A DNA stretch of 64,000 nucleotides from the NCBI GenBank assembly GCA_964016885.1, contig OZ024745.1:60202001-60266000 (forward strand). Direction: 5' to 3'. Under the pieces are notes generated by a model that had not been told where the DNA came from, ran no database searches, and worked only from the letters and a program-made list of their open reading frames with translations. Below, piece after piece: positions 10,701 to 25,700 of this stretch. How positions within the stretch are numbered: position 1 is the stretch's first letter; the number at the start of each line of letters is the position of its first letter. Position numbers and translations under genes: made by a program. Source of the stretch: Eledone cirrhosa (Eukaryota).

Positions 10701-13700
10701 CGACTTGGAGTGAAAACCTCGACTTGGAGTGAAAACCTCGACTTGGAGTGAGAACCTCGACTTGGAGTGAGAACCTCGACTTGGAGTGAAAACCTCGACT
10801 TGGAGTGAGAACCTCTACTTGGAGTGAAAACCTCGACTTGGAGTGTAAACTGCGACTTGGAGTGAGAACCTCGACTTGGAGTGAAAACCTCGACTTGGAG
10901 TGTAAACTGCGACTTGGAGTGTAAACTGCGACTTGGAGTGTAATGTACAACTTGGAGCATAATGTACAACTTGGAGCTTAATGTACGACTTGGAGCATAA
11001 TGTACGACTTAGAGTGTAATGTAGGACTTAGAGTGTAATGTAGGACTTAGAGTGTAATGTAGGACTTAGAGTGTAATGTAGGACTTAGAGTGTAATGTAG
11101 GACTAGGAGCATAATGTAGGACTAGGAGCATAATGTACGACTTGGAGTGTAATGTAGGACTTGGAGTGTAATGTAGGACTTGGAGTGTAAACTGCGAGTT
11201 GAAATATAAATTGCGACTTGGATTGTAAACCTTGACTTGCAGTGTATTGAACAACTTGGGGTGTATACTGCGGCTTGGAGTGTAAACTGCGGCTCCGAAT
11301 ATAAACTACGACTTGCAGTGTCATATATGACTCTGAGTGAAAACCTCGACTTGGAGTGAAAACCTCGACTTGGAGTGAGAACCTCGACTTGGAGTGAGAA
11401 CCTCGACTTGGAGTGAGAACCTCGACTTGGAGTGAAAACCTCGACTTGGAGTGAGAACCTCGACTTGGAGTGAGAACCTCGACTTGGAGTGAGAACCTCG
11501 ACTTGGAGTGAAAACCTCGACTTGGAGTGAGAACCTCGACTTGGAGTGAAAACCTCGACTTGGAGTGAAAACCTCGACTTGGAGTGAAAACCTCGACTTG
11601 GAGTGAAAACCTCGACTTGGAGTGAGAACCTCGACTTGGAGTGAAAACCTCGACTTGGAGTGAGAACCTCGACTTGGAGTGAGAACCTCGACTTGGAGTG
11701 AGAACGTCGACTTGGAGTGAGAACGTCGACTTGGAGTGAGAACCTCGACTTGGAGTGAAAACCTCGACTTGGAGTGAAAACCTCGACTTGGAGTGAAAAC
11801 CTCGACTTGGAGTGAGAACCTCGACTTGGAGTGAAAACCTCGACTTGGAGTGAGAACCTCGACTTGGAGTGAGAACCTCGACTTGGAGTGAAAACCTCGA
11901 CTTGGAGTGAGAACCTCGACTTGGAGTGAGAACCTCGACTTGGAGTGAAAACCTCGACTTGGAGTGAAAACTTCGACTTGGAGTGAGAACCTCGACTTGG
12001 AGTGAGAACCTCGACTTGGAGTGAGAACCTCGACTTGGAGTGAAAACCTCGACTTGGTGCGAGAACCTCGACTTGGAGTTAAAACCTCGACTTGGAGTGA
12101 GAACCTCGACTTTGAGTGAGAACCTCGACTTGGAGTGAAAACCTCGACTTGGAGTGAGAACCTCTACTTGGAGTGAAAACCTCGACTTGGAGTGTAAACT
12201 GCGACTTGGAGTGTAATGTACAACTTGGAGCATAATGTACAACTTGGAGCATAATGTACGACTTGGAGCATAATGTACGACTTAGAGTGTAATGTAGGAC
12301 TTAGAGTGTAATGTAGGACTTAGAGTGTAATGTAGGACTTAGAGTGTAATGTAGGACTTAGAGTGTAATGTAGGACTAGGAGCATAATGTAGGACTAGGA
12401 GCATAATGTACGACTTGGAGTGTAATGTAGGACTTGGAGTGTAATGTAGGACTTGGAGTGTAAACTGCGAGTTGAAATATAAATTGCGACTTGGATTGTA
12501 AACCTTGACTTGCAGTGTATTGAACAACTTGGGGTGTATACTGCGGCTTGGAGTGTAAACTGCGGCTCCGAATATAAACTACGACTTGCAGTGTCATATA
12601 TGACTCTGAGTGAAAACCTCGACTTGGAGTGAAAACCTCGACTTGGAGTGAGAACCTCGACTTGGAGTGAGAACCTCGACTTGGAGTGAAAACCTCGACT
12701 TGGAGTGAGAACCTCGACTTGGAGTGAGAACCTCGACTTGGAGTGAGAACCTCGACTTGGAGTGAAAACCTCGACTTGGAGTGAGAACCTCGACTTGGAG
12801 TGAGAACCTCGACTTGGAGTGAGAACCTCGACTTGGAGTGAAAACCTCGACTTGGAGTGAAAACCTCGACTTGGATTGAGAACCTCGACTTGGAGTGAAA
12901 ACCTCGACTTGGAGTGAGAACCTCGACTTGGAGTGAGAACCTCGACTTGGAGTGAGAACCTCGACTTGGAGTGAGAACCTCGACTTGGAGTGAAAACCTC
13001 GACTTGGAGTGAAAACTTCGACTTGGAGTGAGAACCTCGACTTGGAGTGAGAACCTCGACTTGGAGTGAGAACCTCGACTTGGAGTGAGAACCTCGACTT
13101 GGAGTGATAACCTCGACTTGGAGTGAGAACCTCGACTTGGAGTGAGAACCTCGACTTGGAGTGAAAACCTCGACTTGGAGTGAGAACCTCGACTTGGAGT
13201 GAAAACCTCGACTTGGAGTGAGAACCTCGACTTGGAGTGAAAACCTCGACTTGGAGTGAGAACCTCGACTTGGAGTGAAAACCTCGACTTGGAGTGAGAA
13301 CCTCGACTTGGAGTGAAAACCTCGACTTTGAGTGAAAACCTCGACTTGGAGAGAGAACCTCGACTTGGAGTGAAAACCTCGACTTTGAGTGAAAACCTCG
13401 ACTTGGAGTGAGAACCTCGACTTTGAGTGAGAACCTCGACTTGGAGTGAGAACCTCGACTTGGAGTGAGAACCTCGACTTGGAGTGAGAACCTCGACTTG
13501 GAGTGAGAACCTCGACTTGGAGTGAGAACCTCGACTTGGAGTGAGAACCTCGACTTGGAGTGAGAACCTCGACTTGGAGTGAAAACCTCGACTTGGAGTG
13601 AGAACCTCGACTTGGAGTGAAAACCTCGACTTGGAGTGAGAACCTCGACTTGGAGTGAAAACCTCGACTTGGAGTGAGAACCTCGACTTGGAGTGAAAAC

Positions 13701-16700
13701 CTCGACTTGGAGTGAGAACCTCGACTTGGAGTGAAAACCTCGACTTGGAGTGAGAACCTCGACTTGGAGTGAAAACCTCGACTTGGAGTGAGAACCTCGA
13801 CTTGGAGTGAGAACCTCGACTTTGAGTGGAAACCTCGACTTGGAGAGAGAACCTCGACTTGGAGAGAGAACCTCGACTTGGAGTGAAAACCTCGACTTTG
13901 AGTGAAAACCTCGACTTGGAGTGAAAACCTCGACTTGGAGTGAGAACCTCGACTTGGAGTGGAAACCTCAACTTGGAGTGGAAACCTCGACTTGGAGTGA
14001 AAACCTCGACTTGGAGTGAGAACCTCGACTTGGAGTGATAACCTCGACTTGGAGTGAGAACCTCGACTTGGAGTGAGAACCTCGACTTGGAGTGAAAACC
14101 TCGACTTGGAGTGAAAACCTCGACTTGGAGTGAAAACCTCGACTTGGAGTGAGAACCTCGACTTGGAGTGAGAACCTCGACTTGGAGTGAGAACCTCGAC
14201 TTGGAGTGACAACCTCGACTTGGAGTGGAAACCTCGACTTGGAGTGAAAACCTCGACTTGGAGTGAAAACCTCGACTTGGAATGAGAACCTCGACTTGGA
14301 GTGAGAACCTCGACTTGGAGTGAAAACCTCGACTTGGAGTGAGAACCTTGACTTGGAGTGAGAACCTCGACTTGGAGTGAAAACCTCGACTTGGAGTGAG
14401 AACCTCGACTTGGAGTGAGAACCTCGACTTGGAGTGAGAACCTCGACGTGGAGTGAGAACCTCGACTTGGAGTGAGAACCTCGACTTGGAGTGAAAACCT
14501 CGACTTGGAGTGAGAACCTCGACTTGGAGTGAAAACCTCGACTTGGTGTGAGAACCTCGACTTGGAGTGAGAACCTCGACTTGGAGTGAAAACCTCGACT
14601 TGGAGTGAAAACCTCGACTTGGAGTGAAAACCTCGACTTGGAGTGAAAACCTCGACTTGGAGTGAGAACCTCGACTTGCAGTGAAAACCTCGACTTGGAG
14701 TGAGAACCTCGACTTGGAGTGAGAACCTCGACTTGGAGTGAAAACCTCGACTTGGAGTGAAAACCTCGACTTGGAGTGAGAACCTCGACTTGGAGTGAGA
14801 ACCTCGACTTGGAGTGAGAACCTCGACTTGGAGTGAGAACCTCGACTTGGAGTGAGAACCTCGACTTGGAGTGAGAACCTCGACTTGCAGTGAAAACCTC
14901 GACTTGGAGTGAGAACCTCGACTTGCAGTGAAAACCTCGACTTGGAGTGAGAACCTCGACTTGCAGTGAAAACCTCGACTTGGAGTGAGAACCTCGACTT
15001 GGAGTGAAAACCTCGACTTGCAGTGAAAACCTCGACTTGGAGTGAAAACCTCGACTTGCAGTGAAAACCTCGACTTGGAGTGAGAACCTCGACTTGGAGT
15101 GAAAACCTCGACTTGGAGTGAAAACCTCGACTTGGAATGAAAACCTCGACTTGGAGTGAGAACCTCGACTTGGAGTGAGAACCTCGACTTGGAGTGAGAA
15201 CCTCGACTTGGAGTGAGAACCTCGACTTGGAGTGAGAACCTCGACTTGGAGTGAGAACCTCGACTTGGAGTGTAAACTGCGACTCTGGGTGAAAACCTCG
15301 ACTTGGAGTGAGAACCTCGACTTGGAGTGAAAACCTCGACTTGGAGTGAGAACCTCGACTTGGAGTGAGAACCTCGACTTGGAGTGAAAACCTCGACTTG
15401 GAGTGAAAACCTCGACTTGGAGTGAAAACCTCGACTTGGAGTGAGAACCTCGACTTGGAGTGAAAACCTCGACTTGGAGTGAAAACCTCGACTTGGAGTG
15501 AGAACCTCGACTTGGAGTGAGAACCTCGACTTGGAGTGAGAACCTCGACTTGGAGTGAGAACCTCGACTTGGAGTGTAAACTGCGACTCTGAGTGAAAAC
15601 CTCGACTTGGAGTGAGAACCTCGACTTGGAGTGAAAACCTCGACTTGGAGTGAGAACCTCGACTTGGAGTCAGAACCTCGACTTGGAGTCAGAACCTCGA
15701 CTTGGAGTCAGAACCTCGACTTGGAGTCAGAACCTCGACTTGGAGTCAGAACCTCGACTTGGAGTGAAAACCTCGACTTGGAGTGAAAACCTCGACTTGG
15801 AGTGAGAACCTCGACTTGGAGTGAGAACCTCGACTTGGAGTGAAAACCTCGACTTGGAGTGAGAACCTCTACTTGGAGTGAAAACCTCGACTTGGAGTGT
15901 AAACTGCGACTTGGAGTGAGAACCTCGACTTGGAGTGAAAACCTCGACTTGGAGTGTAAACTGCGACTTGGAGTGTAAACTGCGACTTGGAGTGTAATGT
16001 ACAACTTGGAGCATAATGTACAACTTGGAGCATAATGTACGACTTGGAGCATAATGTACGACTTAGAGTGTAATGTAGGACTTAGAGTGTAATGTAGGAC
16101 TTAGAGTGTAATGTAGGACTTAGAGTGTAATGTAGGACTTAGAGTGTAATGTAGGACTAGGAGCATAATGTAGGACTAGGAGCATAATGTACGACTTGGA
16201 GTGTAATGTAGGACTTGGAGTGTAATGTAGGACTTGGAGTGTAAACTGCGAGTTGAAATATAAATTGCGACTTGGATTGTAAACCTTGACTTGCAGTGTA
16301 TTGAACAACTTGGGGTGTATACTGCGGCTTGGAGTGTAAACTGCGGCTCCGAATATAAACTACGACTTGCAGTGTCATATATGACTCTGAGTGAAAACCT
16401 CGACTTGGAGTGAAAACCTCGACTTGGAGTGAGAACCTCGACTTGGAGTGAGAACCTCGACTTGGAGTGAGAACCTCGACTTGGAGTGAAAACCTCGACT
16501 TGGAGTGAGAACCTCGACTTGGAGTGAGAACCTCGACTTGGAGTGAGAACCTCGACTTGGAGTGAAAACCTCGACTTGGAGTGAGAACCTCGACTTGGAG
16601 TGAAAACCTCGACTTGGAGTGAAAACCTCGACTTGGAGTGAAAACCTCGACTTGGAGTGAAAACCTCGACTTGGAGTGAGAACCTCGACTTGGAGTGAAA

Positions 16701-19700
16701 ACCTCGACTTGGAGTGAGAACCTCGACTTGGAGTGAGAACCTCGACTTGGAGTGAGAACGTCGACTTGGAGTGAGAACGTCGACTTGGAGTGAGAACCTC
16801 GACTTGGAGTGAAAACCTCGACTTGGAGTGAAAACCTCGACTTGGAGTGAGAACCTCGACTTGGAGTGAGAACCTCGACTTGGAGTGAAAACCTCGACTT
16901 GGAGTGAGAACCTCGACTTGGAGTGAGAACCTCGACTTGGAGTGAAAACCTCGACTTGGAGTGAGAACCTCGACTTGGAGTGAGAACCTCGACTTGGAGT
17001 GAAAACCTCGACTTGGAGTGAAAACTTCGACTTGGAGTGAGAACCTCGACTTGGAGTGAGAACCTCGACTTGGAGTGAGAACCTCGACTTGGAGTGAAAA
17101 CCTCGACTTGGTGCGAGAACCTCGACTTGGAGTTAAAACCTCGACTTGGAGTGAGAACCTCGACTTGGAGTGAGAACCTCGACTTGGAGTGAAAACCTCG
17201 ACTTGGAGTGAGAACCTCTACTTGGAGTGAAAACCTCGACTTGGAGTGTAAACTGCGACTTGGAGTGAGAACCTCGACTTGGAGTGAAAACCTCGACTTG
17301 GAGTGTAAACTGCGACTTGGAGTGTAAACTGCGACTTGGAGTGTAATGTACAACTTGGAGCATAATGTACAACTTGGAGCATAATGTACGACTTGGAGCA
17401 TAATGTACGACTTAGAGTGTAATGTAGGACTTAGAGTGTAATGTAGGACTTAGAGTGTAATGTAGGACTTAGAGTGTAATGTAGGACTTAGAGTGTAATG
17501 TAGGACTAGGAGCATAATGTAGGACTAGGAGCATAATGTACGACTTGGAGTGTAATGTAGGACTTGGAGTGTAATGTAGGACTTGGAGTGTAAACTGCGA
17601 GTTGAAATATAAATTGCGACTTGGATTGTAAACCTTGACTTGCAGTGTATTGAACAACTTGGGGTGTATACTGCGGCTTGGAGTGTAAACTGCGGCTCCG
17701 AATATAAACTACGACTTGCAGTGTCATATATGACTCTGAGTGAAAACCTCGACTTGGAGTGAAAACCTCGACTTGGAGTGAGAACCTCGACTTGGAGTGA
17801 GAACCTCGACTTGGAGTGAAAACCTCGACTTGGAGTGAGAACCTCGACTTGGAGTGAAAACCTCGACTTGGAGTGAAAACCTCGACTTGGAGTGAGAACC
17901 TCGACTTGGAGTGAAAACCTCGACTTGGAGTGAGAACCTCGACTTGGAGTGAAAACCTCGACTTGGAGTGAAAACCTCGACTTGGAGTGAGAACCTCGAC
18001 TTGGAGTGAGAACCTCGACTTGGAGTGAAAACCTCGACTTGGAGTGAGAACCTCGACTTGGAGTGAGAACCTCGACTTGGAGTGAGAACCTCGACTTGGA
18101 GTGAAAACCTCGACTTGGAGTGAAAACCTCGACTTGGATTGAGAACCTCGACTTGGAGTGAAAACCTCGACTTGGAGTGAGAACCTCGACTTGGAGTGAG
18201 AACCTCGACTTGGAGTGTGAACCTCGACTTGGAGTGAGAACCTCGACTTGGAGTGAAAACCTCGACTTGGAGTGAAAACTTCGACTTGGAGTGAGAACCT
18301 CGACTTGGAGTGAGAACCTCGACTTGGAGTGAGAACCTCGACTTGGAGTGAGAACCTCGACTTGGAGTGAGAACCTCGACTTGGAGTGAGAACCTCGACT
18401 TGGAGTGAAAACCTCGACTTGGAGTGAGAACCTCGACTTGGAGTGAAAACCTCGACTTGGAGTGAGAACCTCGACTTGGAGTGAGAACCTCGACTTGGAG
18501 TGAGAACCTCGACTTGGAGTGAAAACCTCGACTTGGAGTGAGAACCTCGACTTTGAGTGAAAACCTCGACTTGGAGAGAGAACCTCGACTTGGAGTGAAA
18601 ACCTCGACTTTGAGTGAAAACCTCGACTTGGAGTGAAAACCTCGACTTGGAGTGAGAACCTCGACTTGGAGTGAAAACCTCGACTTGGAGTGAGAACCTC
18701 GACTTGGAGTGAAAACCTCGACTTGGAGTGAGAACCTCGACTTGGAGTGAAAACCTCGACTTGGAGTGAGAACCTCGACTTGGAGTGAGAACCTCGACTT
18801 TGAGTGAAAACCTCGACTTGGAGAGAGAACCTCGACTTGGAGAGAGAACCTCGACTTGGAGTGAAAACCTCGACTTTGAGTGAAAACCTCGACTTGGAGT
18901 GAAAACCTCGACTTGGAGTGAGAACCTCGACTTGGAGTGGAAACCTCGACTTGGAGTGGAAACCTCGACTTGGAGTGAAAACCTCGACTTGGAGTGAGAA
19001 CCTCGACTTGGAGTGATAACCTCGACTTGGAGTGAGAACCTCGACTTGGAGTGAGAACCTCGACTTGGAGTGAAAACCTCGACTTGGAGTGAAAACCTCG
19101 ACTTGGAGTGAAAACCTCGACTTGGAGTGACAACCTCGACTTGGAGTGAGAACCTCGACTTGGAGTGACAACCTCGACTTGGAGTGGAAACCTCGACTTG
19201 GAGTGAAAACCTCGACTTGGAGTGAAAACCTCGACTTGGAATGAGAACCTCGACTTGGAGTGAGAACCTCGACTTGGAGTGAAAACCTCGACTTGGAGTG
19301 AGAACCTTGACTTGGAGTGAGAACCTCGACTTGGAGTGAAAACCTCGACTTGGAGTGAGAACCTCGACTTGGAGTGAGAACCTCGACTTGGAGTGAGAAC
19401 CTCGACGTGGAGTGAGAACCTCGACTTGGAGTGAGAACCTCGACTTGGAGTGAAAACCTCGACTTGGAGTGAGAACCTCGACTTGGAGTGAAAACCTCGA
19501 CTTGGTGTGAGAACCTCGACTTGGAGTGAGAACCTCGACTTGGAGTGAAAACCTCGACTTGGAGTGAAAACCTCGACTTGGAGTGAAAACCTCGACTTGG
19601 AGTGAAAACCTCGACTTGGAGTGAGAACCTCGACTTGCAGTGAAAACCTCGACTTGGAGTGAGAACCTCGACTTGGAGTGAGAACCTCGATTTGCAGTGA

Positions 19701-22700
19701 AAACCTCGACTTGGAGTGAGAACCTCGACTTGCAGTGAAAACCTCGACTTGGAGTGAGAACCTCGACTTGCAGTGAAAACCTCGACTTGGATTGAGAACC
19801 TCGACTTGCAGTGAAAACCTCGACTTGGAGTGAGAACCTCGACTTGGAGTGTAAACTGCGACTCTGAGTGAAAACCTCGACTTGGAGTGAGAACCTCGAC
19901 TTGGAGTGAAAACCTCGACTTGGAGTGAGAACCTCGACTTGGAGTGAGAACCTCGACTTGGAGTGAAAACCTCGACTTGGAGTGAAAACCTCGACTTGGA
20001 GTGAAAATCTCGACTTGGAGTGAGAACCTCGACTTGGAGTGAAAACCTCGACTTGGAGTGAAAACCTCGACTTGGAGTGAGAACCTCGACTTGGAGTGAG
20101 AACCTCGACTTGGAGTGAGAACCTCGACTTGGAGTGAGAACCTCGACTTGGAGTGTAAACTGCGACTCTGAGTGAAAACCTCGACTTGGAGTGAGAACCT
20201 CGACTTGGAGTGAAAACCTCGACTTGGAGTGAGAACCTCGACTTGGAGTCAGAACCTCGACTTGGAGTCAGAACCTCGACTTGGAGTCAGAACCTCGACT
20301 TGGAGTCAGAACCTCGACTTGGAGTCAGAACCTCGACTTGGAGTCAGAACCTCGACTTGGAGTGAAAACCTCGACTTGGAGTGAAAACCTCGACTTGGAG
20401 TGAGAACCTCGACTTGGAGTGAGAACCTCGACTTGGAGTGAAAACCTCGACTTGGAGTGAGAACCTCTACTTGGAGTGAAAACCTCGACTTGGAGTGTAA
20501 ACTGCGACTTGGAGTGAGAACCTCGACTTGGAGTGAAAACCTCGACTTGGAGTGTAAACTGCGACTTGGAGTGTAAACTGCGACTTGGAGTGTAATGTAC
20601 AACTTGGAGCATAATGTACAACTTGGAGCAAAATGTACGACTTGGAGCATAATGTACGACTTAGAGTGTAATGTACGACTTAGAGTGTAATGTAGGACTT
20701 AGAGTGTAATGTAGGACTTAGAGTGTAATGTAGGACTTAGAGTGTAATGTAGGACTTAGAGTGTAATGTAGGACTAGGAGCATAATGTAGGACTAGGAGC
20801 ATAATGTACGACTCTGAGAGTAATGTAGGACTTGGAGTGTAATGTAGGACTTGGAGTGTAAACTGCGAGTTGAAATATAAATTGCGACTTGGATTGTAAA
20901 CCTTGACTTGCAGTGTATTGAACAACTTGGGGTGTATACTGCGGCTTGGAGTGTAAACTGCGGCTCCGAATATAAACTACGACTTGCAGTGTCATATATG
21001 ACTCTGAGTGAACACTTCAACTTGGAGTGAAAACCTCGACTTGGAGTGAGAACCTCGACTTGGAGTGAGAACCTCGACTTGGAGTGAAAACCTCGACTTG
21101 GAGTGAGAACCTCGACTTGGAGTGAAAACCTCGACTTGGAGTGAAAACCTCGACTTGGAGTGAGAACCTCGACTTGGAGTGAGAACCTCGACTTGGAGTG
21201 AGAACCTCGACTTGGAGTGAAAACCTCGACTTGGAGTGAGAACCTCGACTTGGAGTGAGAACCTCGACTTGGAGTGAGAACCTCGACTTGGAGTGAAAAC
21301 CTCGACTTGGAGTGAGAACCTCGACTTGGAGTGAAAACCTCGACTTGGAGTGAAAACCTCGACTTGGAGTGAAAACCTCGACTTGGAGTGAAAACCTCGA
21401 CTTGGAGTGAGAACCTCGACTTGGAGTGAAAACCTCGACTTGGAGTGAGAACCTCGCCTTGGAGTGAGAACCTCGACTTGGAGTGAGAACGTCGACTTGG
21501 AGTGAGAACGTCGACTTGGAGTGAGAACCTCGACTTGGAGTGAAAACCTCGACTTGGAGTGAAAACCTCGACTTGGAGTGAGAACCTCGACTTGGAGTGA
21601 GAACCTCGACTTGGAGTGAAAACCTCGACTTGGAGTGAGAACCTCGACTTGGAGTGAGAACCTCGACTTGGAGTGAAAACCTCGACTTGGAGTGAAAACT
21701 TCGACTTGGAGTGAGAACCTCGACTTGGAGTGAGAACCTCGACTTGGAGTGAAAACCTCGACTTGGAGTGAGAACCTCTACTTGGAGTGAAAACCTCGAC
21801 TTGGAGTGTAAACTGCGACTTGGAGTGAGAACCTCGACTTGGAGTGAAAACCTCGACTTGGAGTGAGAACCTCGACTTGGAGTGAAAACCTCGACTTGGA
21901 GTGAAAACCTCGACTTGGAGTGAAAACCTCGACTTGGAGTGAGAACCTCGACTTGGAGTGAGAACCTCGACTTGGAGTGAGAACCTCGACTTGGAGTGAA
22001 AACCTCGACTTGGAGTGAGAACCTCGACTTGGAGTGAGAACCTCGACTTGGAGTGAAAACCTCGACTTGGAGTGAGAACCTCGACTTGGAGTGAGAACCT
22101 CGACTTGGAGTGAGAACCTCGACTTGGAGTGAAAACCTCGACTTGGAGTGAGAACCTCGACTTGGAGTGAGAACCTCGACTTGGAGTGAGAACCTCGACT
22201 TGGCGTGAAAACCTCGACTTGGAGTGAGAACCTCGACTTGGAGTGAGAACCTCGACTTGGAGTGAAAACCTCGACTTGGTGCGAGAACCTCGACTTGGAG
22301 TTAAAACCTCGACTTGGAGTGAGAACCTCGACTTGGAGTGAGAACCTCGACTTGGAGTGAAAACCTCGACTTGGAGTGAGAACCTCTACTTGGAGTGAAA
22401 ACCTCGACTTGGAGTGTAAACTGCGACTTGGAGTGAGAACCTCGACTTGGAGTGAAAACCTCGACTTGGAGTGTAAACTGCGACTTGGGGTGTAAACTGC
22501 GACTTGGAGTGTAATGTACAACTTGGAGCATAATGTACAACTTGGAGCATAATGTACGACTTGGAGCATAATGTACGACTTAGAGTGTAATGTAGGACTT
22601 AGAGTGTAATGTAGGACTTAGAGTGTAATGTAGGACTTAGAGTGTAATGTAGGACTTAGAGTGTAATGTAGGACTAGGAGCATAATGTAGGACTAGGAGC

Positions 22701-25700
22701 ATAATGTACGACTTGGAGTGTAATGTAGGACTTGGAGTGTAATGTAGGACTTGGAGTGTAAACTGCGAGTTGAAATATAAATTGCGACTTGGATTGTAAA
22801 CCTTGACTTGCAGTGTATTGAACAACTTGGGGTGTATACTGCGGCTTGGAGTGTAAACTGCGGCTCCGAATATAAACTACGACTTGCAGTGTCATATATG
22901 ACTCTGAGTGAAAACCTCGACTTGGAGTGAAAACCTCGACTTGGAGTGAGAACCTCGACTTGGAGTGAGAACCTCGACTTGGAGTGAAAACCTCGACTTG
23001 GAGTGAGAACCTCGACTTGGAGTGAAAACCTCGACTTGGAGTGAAAACCTCGACTTGGAGTGAGAACCTCGACTTGGAGTGAAAACCTCGACTTGGAGTG
23101 AGAACCTCGACTTGGAGTGAAAACCTCGACTTGGAGTGAAAACCTCGACTTGGAGTGAGAACCTCGACTTGGAGTGAGAACCTCGACTTGGAGTGAAAAC
23201 CTCGACTTGGAGTGAGAACCTCGACTTGGAGTGAGAACCTCGACTTGGAGTGAGAACCTCGACTTGGAGTGAAAACCTCGACTTGGAGTGAAAACCTCGA
23301 CTTGGATTGAGAACCTCGACTTGGAGTGAAAACCTCGACTTGGAGTGAGAACCTCGACTTGGAGTGAGAACCTCGACTTGGAGTGAGAACCTCGACTTGG
23401 AGTGAGAACCTCGACTTGGAGTGAGAACCTCGACTTGGAGTGAAAACCTCGACTTGGAGTGAAAACTTCGACTTGGAGTGAGAACCTCGACTTGGAGTGA
23501 GAACCTCGACTTGGAGTGAGAACCTCGACTTGGAGTGAGAACCTCGACTTGGAGTGAGAACCTCGACTTGGAGTGAAAACCTCGACTTGGAGTGAAAACC
23601 TCGACTTGGAGTGAGAACCTCGACTTGGAGTGAGAACCTCGACTTGGAGTGAAAACCTCGACTTGGAGTGAGAACCTCGACTTGGAGTGAAAACCTCGAC
23701 TTGGAGTGAGAACCTCGACTTTGAGTGAAAACCTCGACTTGGAGAGAGAACCTCGACTTGGAGTGAAAACCTCGACTTTGAGTGAAAACCTCGACTTGGA
23801 GTGAGAACCTCGACTTTGAGTGAGAACCTCGACTTGGAGTGAGAACCTCGACTTGGAGTGAGAACCTCGACTTGGAGTGAGAACCTCGACTTGGAGTGAG
23901 AACCTCGACTTGGAGTGAGAACCTCGACTTGGAGTGAGAACCTCGACTTGGAGTGAGAACCTCGACTTGGAGTGAGAACCTCGACTTGGAGTGAAAACCT
24001 CGACTTGGAGTGAGAACCTCGACTTGGAGTGAAAACCTCGACTTGGAGTGAGAACCTCGACTTGGAGTGAAAACCTCGACTTGGAGTGAGAACCTCGACT
24101 TGGAGTGAAAACCTCGACTTGGAGTGAGAACCTCGACTTGGAGTGAAAACCTCGACTTGGAGTGAGAACCTCGACTTGGAGTGAAAACCTCGACTTGGAG
24201 TGAGAACCTCGACTTGGAGTGAGAACCTCGACTTTGAGTGAAAACCTCGACTTGGAGAGAGAACCTCGACTTGGAGAGAGAACCTCGACTTGGAGTGAAA
24301 ACCTCGACTTGGAGTGAAAACCTCGACTTGGAGTGAGAACCTCGACTTGGAGTGGAAACCTCGACTTGGAGTGGAAACCTCGACTTGGAGTGAAAACCTC
24401 GACTTGGAGTGAGAACCTCGACTTGGAGTGATAACCTCGACTTGGAGTGAGAACCTCGACTTGGAGTGAGAACCTCGACTTGGAGTGAAAACCTCGACTT
24501 GGAGTGAAAACCTCGACTTGGAATGAGAACCTCGACTTGGAGTGAGAACCTCGACTTGGAGTGAAAACCTCGACTTGGAGTGAGAACCTTGACTTGGAGT
24601 GAGAACCTCGACTTGGAGTGAAAACCTCGACTTGGAGTGAGAACCTCGACTTGGAGTGAGAACCTCGACTTGGAGTGAGAACCTCGACGTGGAGTGAGAA
24701 CCTCGACTTGGAGTGAGAACCTCGACTTGGAGTGAAAACCTCGACTTGGAGTGAGAACCTCGACTTGGAGTGAAAACCTCGACTTGGTGTGAGAACCTCG
24801 ACTTGGAGTGAGAACCTCGACTTGGAGTGAAAACCTCGACTTGGAGTGAAAACCTCGACTTGGAGTGAAAACCTCGACTTGGAGTGAAAACCTCGACTTG
24901 GAGTGAGAACCTCGACTTGCAGTGAAAACCTCGACTTGGAGTGAGAACCTCGACTTGGAGTGAGAACCTCGATTTGCAGTGAAAACCTCGACTTGGAGTG
25001 AGAACCTCGACTTGCAGTGAAAACCTCGACTTGGAGTGAGAACCTCGACTTGCAGTGAAAACCTCGACTTGGATTGAGAACCTCGACTTGCAGTGAAAAC
25101 CTCGACTTGGAGTGAGAACCTCGACTTGGAGTGAAAACCTCGACTTGCAGTGAAAACCTCGACTTGGAGTGAGAACCTCGACTTGGAGTGAAAACCTCGA
25201 CTTGGAGTGAAAACCTCGACTTGGAATGAAAACCTCGACTTGGAGTGAGAACCTCGACTTGGAGTGAGAACCTCGACTTGGAGTGAGAACCTCGACTTGG
25301 AGTGAGAACCTCGACTTGGAGTGAGAACCTCGACTTGGAGTGAGAACCTCGACTTGGAGTGTAAACTGCGACTCTGAGTGAAAACCTCGACTTGGAGTGA
25401 GAACCTCGACTTGGAGTGAAAACCTCGACTTGGAGTGAGAACCTCGACTTGGAGTGAGAACCTCGACTTGGAGTGAAAACCTCGACTTGGAGTGAAAACC
25501 TCGACTTGGAGTGAAAATCTCGACTTGGAGTGAGAACCTCGACTTGGAGTGAAAACCTCGACTTGGAGTGAAAACCTCGACTTGGAGTGAGAACCTCGAC
25601 TTGGAGTGAGAACCTCGACTTGGAGTGAGAACCTCGACTTGGAGTGAGAACCTCGACTTGGAGTGTAAACTGCGACTCTGAGTGAAAACCTCGACTTGGA

